From contig OX597814.1 in assembly GCA_951406725.2 (NCBI GenBank), positions 151,156,001 through 151,220,000 of the forward strand: a stretch of DNA of 64,000 nt, read 5' to 3'. The position numbers and the translations under genes are program-made. Shown here piece after piece: positions 28,071 to 41,369 of this stretch (its first letter is position 1; each line of letters opens with the position of its first letter). Source of the DNA: Octopus vulgaris. Taxonomy: Eukaryota. The notes beneath the pieces were generated by a model. The model was not told the origin of the DNA. It saw only the letters and a program-made list of their open reading frames with translations, and ran no database searches.

Positions 28071-28901
28071 TGGGATGGTATAAAAAATTTCCCGGACTAG
28101 TTCTGTAGCGAGCCAACAGATGGCAGCACACGGTTGCGTACGCAGAGAGAGCTAGCAGTGACCTTCATGAGGCAGTGTGCCGAGCGACTCGCTGTGTTTA
28201 CTTTGCAAATTGTGAAATTTGTGTTTTTGTGTTCACGTGTATGCTGTAGTCTGTGTGGTTTTGTCCTGGACAGGAAGCTGGAACAACGAGCTAACGGGAA
28301 ACTTTGCGTTAACCTTGAGAAGTCCGCTACAGAGAAATTGAGCATACTTCGGCAACCTTTCGGTGACGAGGCAATGGGCCGTACGCAATGTTTTCAGTGG
28401 CGCAGGCGCTTCAAAAGCGGAAGAACATCCCTGGGAGACGACGAGCGATCTGAAAGACCTCCCACGAGCGTCACTCCCAGAAATGTAGTATTGTGCATCA
28501 GGAATTCGTCTCCCAGGGTTAGACTGTCATTTTGAGAGTTCTGTTGTGACATTTGGAAGCGTGTGGGGTAGGACATTCAGCGAAAGCGACCGGATCTGTG
28601 AAGCACAAAGAATTGGATTCTTCACGACGACAGTGTACCCTGTCACTAAGTTCTCCTCACTCGTGAGTTTCTCACCAAAAGCAACATGATATCACTTCTG
28701 TATCCACCAGATTTAGCTCCTACGAACTTCAATCTCTTCTCGACGCACTTACGGAAAACGAATTCCAGGCCGGATTCCAAAAGTGGAAGGAATGCTGGAA
28801 CCGGTGAATTGCTGAATGAGATGATGTCAAAACTTAGATAAATGTTTTTATTTTTTTATCATTAAACATAACTAGTCCTGAAACTTTTTTATACCACTTC
28901 G
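28071..28901 (+). mobile_element. Internally deleted mariner transposon
   Basis: TIRs tggtataaaaaa..tcc.ggactagtt flanked by TA. HTH region LEQRANGKLCVNLEKSATE...FQWRRRFKSGRTSLGDDERS; later WILHDDSVPCH and PPDLAP remnants. Confidence 0.88.
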
Positions 28902-30051
28902 TACATGAATATAGTACGTAAATATACTAAGTATATGATCATTGTACGTACGTAAATAGGTACGTTGGTATGTGTTTGTTTATTTGTCTGTAGTTACATC
29001 ACCTGTTACATTTATGCATATATGTTGTATGTACACACGAACGTATAGCTATTAGTATGTGTGCGTGCATTTATTCTATTCGTTGATTTATATAGGGAAG
29101 TTTATCTAAAATTGTTTTGATAGGCAACTGAACTGTATATAAGTGTTTCTACTGTGCTTTCTGACACAGGTAGGAACTAATAATTCAAGATAATGGAAAA
29201 TTGTATTGATGAATCAGCCTTCTCACTAGATACACGGTAATTGTGCTTCTGTAACGCACCTACTTCAGCAAGATATACAAAGCTAATTAGTTTCAGTAAT
29301 CTATGCATACATACTTAGATGTGTGTGTGTGTGTGTGTGCGTGTGCGTGTGTCTGTGTGCGTGCGTGTTTGTGTTTTAAATGTTCACGCCTGCACCTATA
29401 CAAACAATTTGTACTTTTAAATAGTGATTCTCTCATCGTCAACTCAGCAATTATAAAGAAATATATGATATATTGGGTATTAATATTACCAAAATAAGTT
29501 CTCAGTTGTCTTCTGTATTTTCTAGATTAAAATAATGTCAGTCATTTAGCTACTGTTCTCTTTTTTCTTTTCCACTGCTTAAATATTTCCAGTTCAATTC
29601 TGACTTTGACTACACTAAATATGTTTGCACTACTTAACTATTACTTTCTGTGCTGGAGTTGCCTCTGAGTAGTTTTTTTATGAACTATTGGAAATTGAGT
29701 TAGTCGCACCAGAGACTCCACAAAATACAATTGCGTGGATGCCTCTCTCAAACATCTGCTCGAAACCTTATCGAATCCGCCATCTAGGTATTCGCGATAA
29801 TTAGCGAGGAAGCATCTACCAGGTCATTTAACTTCTGAAAAATATCAGCAAAATCTCGCCGCCCAAATCAGGTATATACTAGCCAAGGTAGTCTCCAATG
29901 AAAACAAACGAGATTGTCACAGATAGAACGTCTTTAGTTATAGTTCTCAATTGAGACAAACCAGTGACTCAACAACAGCAACATCATATGTCTGAAAATC
30001 GAGTTGGAGATTCAGTTTTCATTTAATTTGATATTGCTAATGCCCATAAAA

Positions 30052-30348
30052 GTGGTGGCACATGGCCTAGTGGTTAGAGCAGCGGACGCGCGGACGAGGA
30101 ATCTTGGACTGGGCGATGTGTGTGTTTATGAGCGAAACACCTAAAACCTCCACGCGGCTCCGGCAGAAGGTAATGGCGAACTTCTGCTGACGTTTTCGCC
30201 ACAACTTTCTCTCACTATTTCCTCCTGCATCTAGCAGCTTACCTGCGACGGACCGGCGTCCTCTCCAGGTGAGGAACCTATACGCTAATGGAACCGGTAA
30301 ACCACCAGCCCTTGTGAGTCAGGCATGGCTCGAGAAGGAACTAACAAC
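30052..30348 (+). mobile_element. SINE family Y with 13-bp TSD
   Basis: TSD aatgcccataaaa at 30039-30051 and 30349-30361. Confidence 0.88.
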
Positions 30349-30597
30349 AATGCCCATAAAAAAGAAACTAGCGACCTCACATTATTTTCACTCTCCCGAG
30401 AGAGTATAACAGAACAATGTTTCAATCCCTGAGTGAATTCAGTCCATTTCACTTATGCCTTCATTTAATTCCTTTGAAAAGGAGAGCATGATCGACTTAA
30501 TTTACCTTATCTTAATCTATGTAGTAACTAGCAAATGAGTTAATCAGTATTTCCTCTTAGTTGGTAAATCTGAGTGTATGCCTGAATGTGTAGGGGG

Positions 30598-30935
30598 TGA
30601 AGGTTCATGGCTCAGTGGTTAGAGTGTCGAGCTCACAATCGTGAGGTAATGAGTTCGATTCCTGGACCAGGCTGTGTGCTATGTTCTTGAGCAAGACACT
30701 TTTACGTTGCTCCAGTTCACTCAGCTGAAGAAACGAGTTGTAATATCACTAGTGCCAAGCTGTATCGGCCTTTGCCTTTCCTTTGGACAACATCGGTAGC
30801 GTGGAGAGGGGAGTCTGGTCTGCATGGACAACTGCTGGTCTTCCATAAACAACCTTGCCCGGTCTTGTGCCTCGGAGAGTAACTTTCTAGGTGCGATCCA
30901 TGGTCATTCATGACCTAAGGGGGTCTTTACCCTTT
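30598..30935 (+). mobile_element. SINE family Z
   Basis: tggctcagtggttagagtgtcgag...gagttcgattcctggacc; tail tttaccctttacc. Confidence 0.82.
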
Positions 30936-30943
30936 ACCTTTTA

Positions 30944-30989
<46 letters not shown>

Positions 30990-31028
30990 ATACACGCACA
31001 CATACTCACGTGTGTGAGTGTGTGTGTA

Positions 31029-31815
31029 TTGGGTTGTCAAAAAAGTTCGTTCGATTTTTTCATTGAAAATAAGACACATGTTTTGAACACAATGCGATTT
31101 ATTCAATCAATGATATAATTACCGTTTCGTTCCAGTACCTTGTCTTCTAGACAGACAGATCCATTATTCCCTGCTCCAAAAATGTCGTGTTTGTACTAGT
31201 TAAAGACTCTTCGAGGTGAATATTTTACATCCTCTTCAGAATTGAGGGTCTGTCATCCAATAAATTTTGAAGAGTCCGAAACAGGTGGAAAGCTGAAGGT
31301 GCAAAGTTTGGTGAATATGGAGGGTGTGGCCAAATTCCCCAACGAAACCCTAGTAAGTTCTACCGTGTCTACAAAGAAGCGTACGTTCTGGCATTGTCGT
31401 GATGAAAGGCAATTCTCTTACGATTAGCAAGTGCCGGATGCTTCTGGCGAGTCGCTGCATTTAATTTGTTCAGTTAGTCACAGTGCACATCTGAATTTTT
31501 GGTGCTGTCCGTGGGAAGAAGCTCGTAAAAGATAACACCCTTCCAATCCCACCAAATTGAAAGCATAACCTTCTTCGAGTGAAATCTGACTTTGGAGGTT
31601 TGGTTTCGGCGGTTTGCCGCGTTCCTCCAATGATTACGTTTCACAATGATTACGCTTCACATTGTTATAGACGATTTTTCGTCCCCTGTCACCATTCTCT
31701 TAAGAAAAAAATCGTTTCTTGCATGTTTCTGAAATGAATTCAACATGGTTAGCCACATTCAAGTGATGTGTGACCCAAATATCGGGCCTACTGACATAAT
31801 CAAGTCGATGTAGAT
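31029..31815 (-). mobile_element. Decayed mariner (DD34D-type) transposon, 3' part
   Basis: TA|ttgggttgtcaaaaaagttcg TIR-like end; minus-strand MVTGDEK and FHHDNART. Truncated by the element at 31816. Confidence 0.8.
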
Positions 31816-32740
31816 GCATAAATAATTCAATGCAGTAGTTAACGCCGGTTTGAGAACATATTAATTTACAATTAAAATCAAAAGGAGGGTGAAAAAATTG
31901 GATATTAATTAATAACCAGTGAGATTCGTCATAAAATATAATTTGTCGAACTGCACGCCAGATATTAACACGAGGTCAAAAATACGAGGAGATGATCTGT
32001 AGATTAATTGTGTAAGTAAAATTGCATAAGTTATTAACAGTGAAACAATTGTATGGGGTTAATCTATATTTTTGCTATTTTTCATCTGTCCTGCTCGCTT
32101 ACGTTCATAGTGTGCTAAATTTTTCTTGAGAACAATTCTTAGTGGTTGAGTCCCTTTGCGGATCTATATCTAGCGTAAGCGTCCACATAGTGGATTCTCT
32201 CTCATATTTGTGTATTAATATTTTCTGAATCTCAATTTTTTTATGCGCTAAACCACTGGTGTTAAATTGATGTTATTAAATTAATATCCAATTTTTTCAC
32301 CCTCATTTTGATTTTAATTCTAAATTGATATGTTCTCAAACCGGCGTTAACTACTGCAGTGAATTATTTATGCAGTATTTATTTCCGGGAATTTGGCACG
32401 CTAGAACGAGGGCATTTGAATATAACTGCGAATATAATAGGCCGAACTACTCGTATTTTTGACCTCGTGTTAATATCTGGCGTGCAGTTCGACAAATTAT
32501 ATTTTATGACAAATCTCACTGATGATCTGTAGATTAATTGTGTAAGTAAAATTGCATAAGTTATTAACAGTGAAACAACTGTATGGGGTTAATCTATATT
32601 TTTATTATTTTTCATTTGTCCTGCTCGCTTACGTTTATAGTGTGCTAAATTTTTCTTGAGAACAATTCTTAGTGGTTGAGACCCTTGCGGACCTATCTTT
32701 AGCGTAAGAGCGTCCACATAATGGATTCTCTCTCATATTT
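31816..32740 (+). mobile_element. Non-coding hammerhead-containing element, family B (~530-bp unit, direct repeat plus inverted 5' fragments)
   Basis: 31991-32208 repeats at 32521-32740. 31816-31915 and 31917-31988 are inverted copies of 32272-32373 and 32450-32521. HHR at 32513-32589. Confidence 0.82.
32513..32589 (+). ncRNA. Minimal type I hammerhead ribozyme (family B)
   Basis: atctca-CTGATGA-t-ctgt...acag-t-GAAAC-aact-GTA-tggggt. The 5'-truncated second copy at 31991-32059 has palindromic stem III acaattgt. Confidence 0.75.
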
Positions 32741-33695
32741 ATGTATATATACATATATATGTGTATGTGTGCATGTATATAGACATACGTCTGTGCATGT
32801 ATATGCATGTTTGTATGTCTATGCATGTTTGCATGTATAGGCCTTATTCAGTTATTATTTGAAGATTCTTTGCAAATAGAGTAAGAGCCAGTTTCTAACC
32901 TAAATCCAAGGTTCCTTCATTGGAATTTCAATAACATCAACAGGTTATTTTGGCATGTATGTATATGTGCAGTATTTGAAGTCAATGCATGTTCAGATTT
33001 GTATTTTTTTGTTTTATGCATGCATTCTCATGCATATAGTTGCATGTCTAGACATGTGCATATAAACTTCTGGAACATTTTCCAGATTTTTAGTCCCAGT
33101 GATTGCTTAGAAAAATGTAGTCTCGAATCAGTTTTCTCCTTTCTGATTTTGAGTAGCCTAATTTCTCAAGATTGGCATGTAGTTAAGATACTACAGCTAG
33201 AAAGAATGTTTACCTGTTGAGCTGTTGTTTTCGTTCTGTTCCTCGGTTGTGTTGTTGTTGATGTTGTTTCCAGCTATGTTGCTTGTAGTAACTCTCTGCA
33301 TGTTAAATTCAAGCTTCAGTCGAAAATCTCTACGATCTTGAATAAAAGGCTCCCTCAGTTAATTTATCTGAAGATTAACCAATTATTTTACAGGTCTGAT
33401 AGAGTGGCTTTAAAGCTGGAGATAGTATTCATCGTATTTTCAATACATAGTCGCCCACGCCAAATACGCGACTTGTCCCTTCGAGTGTGGTATGTATGTT
33501 GGAGTGTATGTGTGTGTTCATATCTGTGAGCATCGCTTAGAATATTTTTGCATACAGTTTAGCTTCACTGCCTTGTTTAACTCCTTGTTGCAGTTGGTTA
33601 CTGCTTATTTCTTTTATCTTAGCTGTTTGCTTATTAAACAGTACACAAATCTTATAAATGGTTGAGTCCATAAGTGATTTTATTCTACTTGACAG

Positions 33696-33779
33696 GTGCA
33701 ACAGGAAATATACCAAGGTTGGCAGCGTTATCAATTGTGGTATGGGGCGAGCAACCACGACATAAACGCGTTCACGTAG
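33696..33779 (+). CDS. Terminal coding exon A of a class B (secretin-family) GPCR: VQQEIYQGWQRYQLWYGASNHDINAFT*
   Basis: Acceptor ttttattctacttgacag|GTG. A phase-0 exon starting VQxEI..W matches class B helix 8 and the conserved NGE|VQ intron position. Confidence 0.62.
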   Translation: MQQEIYQGWQRYQLWYGASNHDINAFT

Positions 33780-33875
33780 AACAAAAATATCGACAGAGCT
33801 TGTACGTTGAACTTTGATCGTTCAGTGTCACATTAATGATAAAACAAAAAATATCCATGAAAAGGATCATCATCG

Positions 33876-33909
<34 letters not shown>

Positions 33910-35559
33910 TTTGAAATAACGAAGTTTGTCCCCTGTAATCGAAACATCTGTTGTGTTCGTTTTTGCTTTCTCTGGGACAGTAATAGAACTTAGATTTAAC
34001 GCTGTGAACGAATGAATTGCTCGTTAATTGAACTCTCTTCCTGCCGCTTAGAAAGAGATAAGAGTGAACTGTATGTCGTGTTTATTTCACTGCCGCCTCG
34101 TTTGTCTGTGACCAAAAGAGAGTGATTGTGCTCTTGGTGCGTTGTTGTTGCTGCTATTGTTCTTGTTCCTGCTTGGCTCCCTGATGTAGCAGTGCAATGA
34201 TCAAAGGCCTTCAAGCCGTAACCATTATCGGGAATTCTTTTTTCACGAATTGTGTACTCTTGATTATATTATCCACACACATTGGAGGATGTAATCTGGA
34301 GTACATTTATTCATTTATTTTTTGTAGATTTTTATTTCTTCATAAATCTTTTGTTTATTTCTATAGATCATACGGCGTAATTATCAGGTTTAAGTAAACC
34401 ATTAGACGAGTCGTTACAGCATCCGATAAATTGTCTTATGGTAACCAATCTGGATCTCTCCACTCAAAGTTCTAATCTCACCGGCTTCAACTTTGCCTTT
34501 CATTCGGGATCGATAAGTAAAGTACCAGTCTTGTATTTAGGTCGATTCTTCCCCTCCTCTCACTATTTCTGTCATTGCTTCAGTTTTTCTCATTCCAGAA
34601 GATATCGATTGTGATCAGAATTGTGGAGGGATGGGCACCACCAGGTCTAAAAATAAGGAAAACATACCATATGTCATGACTTCGCCCCTATGACTCCATC
34701 AAGGGGGTGAAGTTCTAAAGCAAAACAATACAAAGATTTGGTTGCCATTTCTAGAAGGCCTAGAGACCACGTGAAGGCACTGTTTCGCTGGCTCGGCCCT
34801 TAGTATGTATTTGAAGTGGGAATCAAGTGTTCTACACAATAGAAAATGTATTTACAACTCAGTAGACTTAGCCCATAAATGGTTAAATTTATCGAAAATT
34901 AGTAACAAATTGATTATTTGGTTCATGACCCCTTAACTGGTAAGGCTAACTGCAACCGTATGTCAATAGTAATTTTCAAGTTCGCTTTGCTTTTGTGTAT
35001 GTGTGTATGTGTATATATGTATGTATATGAATCACAGATATAATAGGAGAAAATGTGAACTTTTGTAGGTGGTGGAGTGCAATTGTGTGGATATGTATGT
35101 GTGCAAAGTACGTGTGAGTGTGAAATCTAGATAGGAGAAAATATCTGTTCATCATTAGCGCTATTATGTGTATAACTGTGTGCACATGTCTGTATGTATA
35201 TGTGTAAAAACTTAAACACCAAAAGGCTAGCGGGCTTACACTATTTTGCTTAATCCGTCTAAATTCTAAATACAAATCCCTTTATAGTCGATACTCTTTT
35301 TCTTCACACAACCCAAAATTGATAAAAACAGTTTAAAAATAAAGAGTTAAGGTCAAAGTGTCAATGGCATGAATTTGCATAATTAAGTTAAAGGGTAGTG
35401 TACCGATTGCCATACGCAAACAGTTCTTAATTGAAATTTATTTTTAGTTGGAGAAAGTGTCAAAAGCTCAGTGATAAATGTTAACGGACTCTCGAAGAAA
35501 GGGAAAATAATTTCAATAAAGTATTGTAAAAGTGTTTCAACCTATAATTCCGGTTTGCT

Positions 35560-36052
35560 GATACGCGGATAGGAAAGCCTTCTTTTTTCTGTCGAGTGCT
35601 TATATGCTCCTTTATTAGATTATTTTCCTTAGTCATTGCACGGTGATCGACATAAGCTTTAAGCATATATAAAAACACCATTATTATTATTTGCAGAATT
35701 GTAAATCACGGTGCCGTATAAGAAAAAAGCCATTCGCACCGAAAGCATATACGAAGTTTGTTTACATAAAAACAAATACGAACTAATATATAGTTCTTAA
35801 ATTTGAAAGAAAAGGCGAGGCTGATTCGCTGGTGTAAAGGTAATACACTTAGTCGCGTTAACAAAGGGATGTGGGTTCGCCTCCCACGCAGATAGGAAAG
35901 CCTTCTTACTTCTGTCGAGTGCTTATATGCTCCTTTATTAGACTATTTTCCTTAATCATTTCACAGTGTTCGTGATAAGCTTTGAGCTTACATAAAAATA
36001 CCATTATTATTACGATGCCGTAATAAAAAAAAAAACTATTCGCACCGAAAGT
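35560..36052. repeat. Diverged ~170-bp direct duplication with a tRNA-like head before the second copy
   Basis: acgc(g/a)gataggaaagccttct...ttcgcaccgaaag at ~35563-35745 and ~35886-36051. Confidence 0.7.
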
Positions 36053-37756
36053 AGGCAGGTAGATTGATTGTGAAAATAGACTTTGGGATTTCACCAACCA
36101 GGAAGAACATACGAATCGACTAAATGAATTTGCTTTAAAGGCATGATCAGGATTCAGTTACTTTCCTCTGGTTGCTTGATGCCAAATTTCTGCTATCTAG
36201 GTCTGAAACTGTGAAATTAGAGCATATATACACTCGTTTACTTTTATATGTCAATATGTAAACAGGATTGGGCTAAACTAGACCGTTTGACAAAGTAATT
36301 CAAATTTGGTCGTGCGCCATTAATTATGTGGCTTACCAATACAGCGTATTGGAGATACAATTCATTAGCAGATAAACAAACACATATTTAAGAAATATAT
36401 ATTTGGTCTCGCCGTAAAAATAGACCAGGTATTTTAATCGATGTTTATTTTGTTCCATAATGTGTTGCTTATCTACGTTCTCTCGGCAACTAGAGGGAAA
36501 ATAAGTAAATCGTGACGTTGCTTCTTCTCTATCTACATAGAGATATACTAACGTGTGTGTACGAGTGTACGTGTTTAAGTTTGGGGCGGGAGTTAGTTTT
36601 GACTAGAATTGCAAACTTCGTTTTTGACTAGATCTTCAAGTTTAATCAACCAGAAGTTGACTGAGCCGTCAGCCGAAGCTCACTGTCCCAGTCAAAACTA
36701 GTTGTATAATAAATTTTACTCCAATTTAGTATTGAGTCTCCTCGTCAGTAAATATTCTGTTGTTACTCTTTAAATTTCTTTAGAATAATAACCTCAAAAT
36801 TAATACACATGCACATACATATGTTGTACATGATAAAGCAAACGGTTTAGATTTTCGGTTGTAAAATAAACTTTAGACACAATCAATCATTCTACAAGTA
36901 AAAATCCAATATCAAAAAAAAAATCTTGCACAAAACCGTTTGCAAGAATCAAACCATGAATTTGTTGTAAACTAGTCGACTGTGTCATCCATTGCACCCA
37001 AAAGCTCCCAGCTCAGTTCGTCTGCTGAGATTAAAGCGTATAAAATGCTGTTGCGCAAACCAAATCAGAATCCTTGTTATTTTCGGAGCACTTAACTTTA
37101 GTCTGCAGAGAGATTATTTCACGTTTCGTTTCCTTAATCATTTAACATGCTTTTCGTAACTGAGATTCTCCGTGCTATTGCGATTGAAACAATAACAAGC
37201 ATACTAAATTCTAGTTGTAGAAGAAAAATAAGGTAAAAATTTTCCATTATAAAATAAACTTTAAATTAAATTTGACGCTTTACAAGCATAAATCCAGAGC
37301 AAGAAAAATACGTGGAGAATTTAAATTGTGGAAACTATGTTAAAATGAAAATATAAAACGTGAAAAATTAAATTATCTCTCCACAGCTTAGAGTTAAGTG
37401 CTATGAAAATACTGAGGATTCTCGTAAACAGACGAAATGGGTAAGTAACTTCTGTAACTGCACTTTATAAGCAATAATATGTGATTGCAGCTCTCTGAGA
37501 GTGCTTTGGTACAATGGTTAACACGGCTAAATGATTTACGACAGATTCGGAGATCGGTTCACGCGTGTGGGTCACCATTATATACCTGTGCATATTTATC
37601 CCCATGTCTTGAACACGCAATCGTATGATGATTTAAAATGTATTCCTTATACATATGTATGCATTATGTTCTGTGACTTTGTATTACATTGTATTTGTAT
37701 CTCTATACATATAAGGACGCATGTAATTATATGTGTAGAGAGAAAATTACATAAAG

Positions 37757-37809
37757 TTATATATATATATATATATATATATATGCCACGTTTGCTTTCT
37801 CACTATATG

Positions 37810-37851
<42 letters not shown>

Positions 37852-37873
37852 ACGTTTGCTTTCTCACTATATG

Positions 37874-37950
<77 letters not shown>

Positions 37951-38015
37951 CGTATATATCTATATATATACATACATACATACACACACACATATATGTG
38001 GTGCATGCATATATC

Positions 38016-38046
<31 letters not shown>

Positions 38047-38260
38047 TTACATATATATATATATATCTTTAGCTTTCTCTCTTGTTGATTTTCATATATA
38101 TACATATCTTTATATATATGTATATATCTTTATTTACATATATATATATATTTATACATATATATATATTTACATATATATATATGCATACATATATCTA
38201 TATATCTATATATACATATATATATATATATATATAAATATATACATATATATGTATATG

Positions 38261-38300
<40 letters not shown>

Positions 38301-38362
38301 TATCTTTATATATATATATTATACATACATATATATCTTTACATATATATATACATATGTAT

Positions 38363-38398
<36 letters not shown>
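37757..38398. repeat. (TA)n/(TG)n compound microsatellite with duplicated ccacgtttgctttctcactatatgtatgt spacer
   Basis: Direct reading. Confidence 0.93.
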
Positions 38399-38401
<3 letters not shown>

Positions 38402-39135
38402 CATTAATTTCTAAACCTTTCCTTTATCTTTTTTAATTGGATCTGATATTTGGACTTACATACAGAGAGATAGAGAGAAAGGAAGAGAAGGGAGACTCCT
38501 TGATATTTATATTAATATGAATAATTAATTTACATAAATGTAGCTGAACATGACATAAGTTAAAAGAAATATGCTTATGGTATTATGCAAAGGATGTTTT
38601 CTTAACATATATTCTTCATTGCACATTCAGTTCATGAACACTGTTATGTATTACCAGTGCCATGTATTTCAATATTGCCAACGTCATTTGTTTAGCTGTT
38701 GTCAATGTTATATATCTCAGCCCAGTGATAGATTGGCAGAATCATTAGTACGTTTCACAAAAGCATCAAGGTCTTTGCTCCAGCACTTTACGCACCCAAT
38801 TCAAACCCGGCCAAAATCAACTTTACCTTATATCTTTTCGTGTTTCATGAAATAAAGTACCTGTTAAGATGTGTGTGTGGAGAGGAGAGAGAGCGAGAGA
38901 AAATAAGTTTAAAAAGAACAATTCAAACTTTTTGAGAGATCCAAAAAGCGAGAAAAAATGATTTCTAATAAATTCATCATATTCATAAAAAAACAGCCAG
39001 AGCAAGTAATAAGAATATGAAAATAATAGTTGAAAAATACCGTTATAGGTATAAATATACCATAAACAAGTAATAAAAAATGGAGGAGAAAAAGATGTTG
39101 AATCAGAATTAGATTTAATACAAAATTGGATTCAA

Positions 39136-39233
39136 TACATACGCACGTTTCAAAAGACAATACAAATATGTAAAAAAAATTATAATCATAGTAATTATAA
39201 TTAAATTTATGCATTGTCATTCTCATCAGTGTA
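39136..39233 (-). ncRNA. Type I hammerhead with long stem II (family C, left arm)
   Basis: taca-CTGATGA-gaatgacaatgca...tgtattgtctttt-GAAAC-gtgc-GTA-tgta. Confidence 0.72.
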
Positions 39234-39352
39234 AGAAATTTTTGGAAGGACATCAAACGAGGTTTAATAAAATAAAATATTACCTCATCTGTATTCTCCC
39301 ATATCGTATCTTATCTTATTAAGCATTTTTTTATGTCCTTTCAAAAATTCCT

Positions 39353-39455
39353 CACACTGATGAGAATGACAATGCATGAATTTAATTATAATTATATAGT
39401 ATGATTATTATTTTTCCTTACATATTTGTATTGTCTTTTGAAATGTGCGTATGTA
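39353..39455 (+). ncRNA. Type I hammerhead with long stem II (family C, right arm)
   Basis: caca-CTGATGA-gaatgacaatgca...tgtattgtctttt-GAAAT-gtgc-GTA-tgta; GAAAC>GAAAT is a CpG-type change. Confidence 0.65.
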
Positions 39456-39571
39456 TTGAATCCAATTTTGTATTAAATCTAATTCTGATTCAACATCTTT
39501 TTCTCCTCCATTTTTTATTACTTGTTTATGGTATATTTATATCTATAACGATATTTTTCAACTATCATCAC

Positions 39572-39616
39572 ATGTATATATATATATATATATATATATC
39601 TTTACATATATATATC

Positions 39617-39668
<52 letters not shown>

Positions 39669-39681
39669 TTAATATATATAT

Positions 39682-39751
<70 letters not shown>
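39572..39751. repeat. (TA)n microsatellite
   Basis: Direct reading. Confidence 0.95.
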
Positions 39752-39754
<3 letters not shown>

Positions 39755-40444
39755 GTTAACACTTAAAGTACCAGATAGTTTTACTATCTTTCTAGGTAAT
39801 TGTGCAAATATTATAGAAAGTTAAAATGGATTTCATCTTTGAGAACTACAACAAAATTCATGAGAGAAAAAGTATGGAACCCAATGTGCTAACTTTTATA
39901 TGCTTCATGTAATAGTGAAGAGGAAATTGAAGTGGGTAAAAAATGATTGTTTGGTACGTTTAGTTTTAAGGACTAGAATCAATGGTATAAACTTACATCC
40001 TCCCGTCAAAATTGCTAGTCTGAGTTCAAACTGCGACTTAATACGAAATAATATTATATATCTAACTACTCTTAGTATGTTACTTACCATTATGATGGCT
40101 GAGTTGACGATTTTATTTTTCATTTGAATCAGTAGGTAATTCAACACTCTGTGATTCCAAATTTCAAAGGAAAATATGGCAGTGTAGTGACAGTGGTAAC
40201 ACGACTGACGGGAAATTGCAACTATGATTTCGATTCGAATCCTCGAATGTTTATTTCTATTCTATTATGTCCTCCTCTGATCAGATAGAAGTAATACATG
40301 CAACAAGAAATACCTTTAGGGCAACAATTGTGGGTTATCTGCTATTACTTAAATGCAATTACTCACTTACAGGACAATCAATAAGAGAAAAGCTTGGAAT
40401 ACTACAGATGATAAACTAAGTTTGCTTACGATTATAGGCACAAG

Positions 40445-40580
40445 AATGGCTGTGTGGTAAGAAGCTTGCTTCCCAACTACATGGTTCTGGGTTCAGTCCC
40501 ACTGCGTGGCACCTTCGGCAAGTGTCTTCAACTATAGCTTCGGGCTGACCAAAGCCTTGTGAGTGGATTTGGTAGACGAA

Positions 40581-40616
<36 letters not shown>

Positions 40617-40680
40617 GTAGTAGTAGTAGTAGTAACAGAAAAGAGGAATTTCGGTTGTCCTCACGTGGTGGATTGTAATG

Positions 40681-40711
<31 letters not shown>

Positions 40712-41086
40712 ATATAATATGATATATAATATAAATAATATATAAATATATGCATATATACATACATATATGTACATACCTACATATATATGTATATATA
40801 TATATATGTATGTATGTATATATGTATGTATGTGTGTGTATGTATGTATGTATGTATGTATGTATGTATGTATCTGTGTGTCTGTGTTTGTCCTTTCCCC
40901 CACCATCACTTGATAACCAATGTTGGTGTGCTTACGTCCCCGTAACTTAGCGCTTCTGCGAAAGAGACCGATAGAATAATTACTAGGTTTACAAAGAATA
41001 AGTCGTGGGGTGGATTGGTTCGACTATAGGCGGTTCTCCAGCATGGCTGCAGTCAAATGACTGAAACAAGTAAAAGAATAAAAGAA
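40445..41086 (+). mobile_element. SINE family W with internally expanded microsatellites
   Basis: Head at 40448-40585; tail tgtgtttgtcc...gcagtcaaatgactgaaacaagtaaaaga at 40875-41086. Confidence 0.75.
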
Positions 41087-41369
41087 CAAAATCATTGATA
41101 CTCCCTCAGATTGGTTTCGTCTGTTTTCCAATTGCTCTAAGTATAGCTATTACAATTTTGTTAACTAGAGAAGAGTAATAACAAATATTGGCTATTGGCG
41201 TAATCTTCAGTGAATATGCTGGAATTCTGAGGGATGTACATAAATGTTTGTAAATCAAAGTAGCTGGGAGTATGTTTTATACGTAATAAAAATTGATTAT
41301 CGTTTTTTTTTATATCTTAAAATTTACTTTTGGCTTTAATTTTTTTTTCTTTTTTCTTTTTACTTTCAG

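Larger units (their letters stand above)
38920..39570. mobile_element. Non-coding hammerhead-containing element, family C (~230-bp inverted repeat arms)
   Basis: 39026-39253 is inverted at 39333-39565 with an ~80-bp spacer; each arm has an HHR core. Confidence 0.8.
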
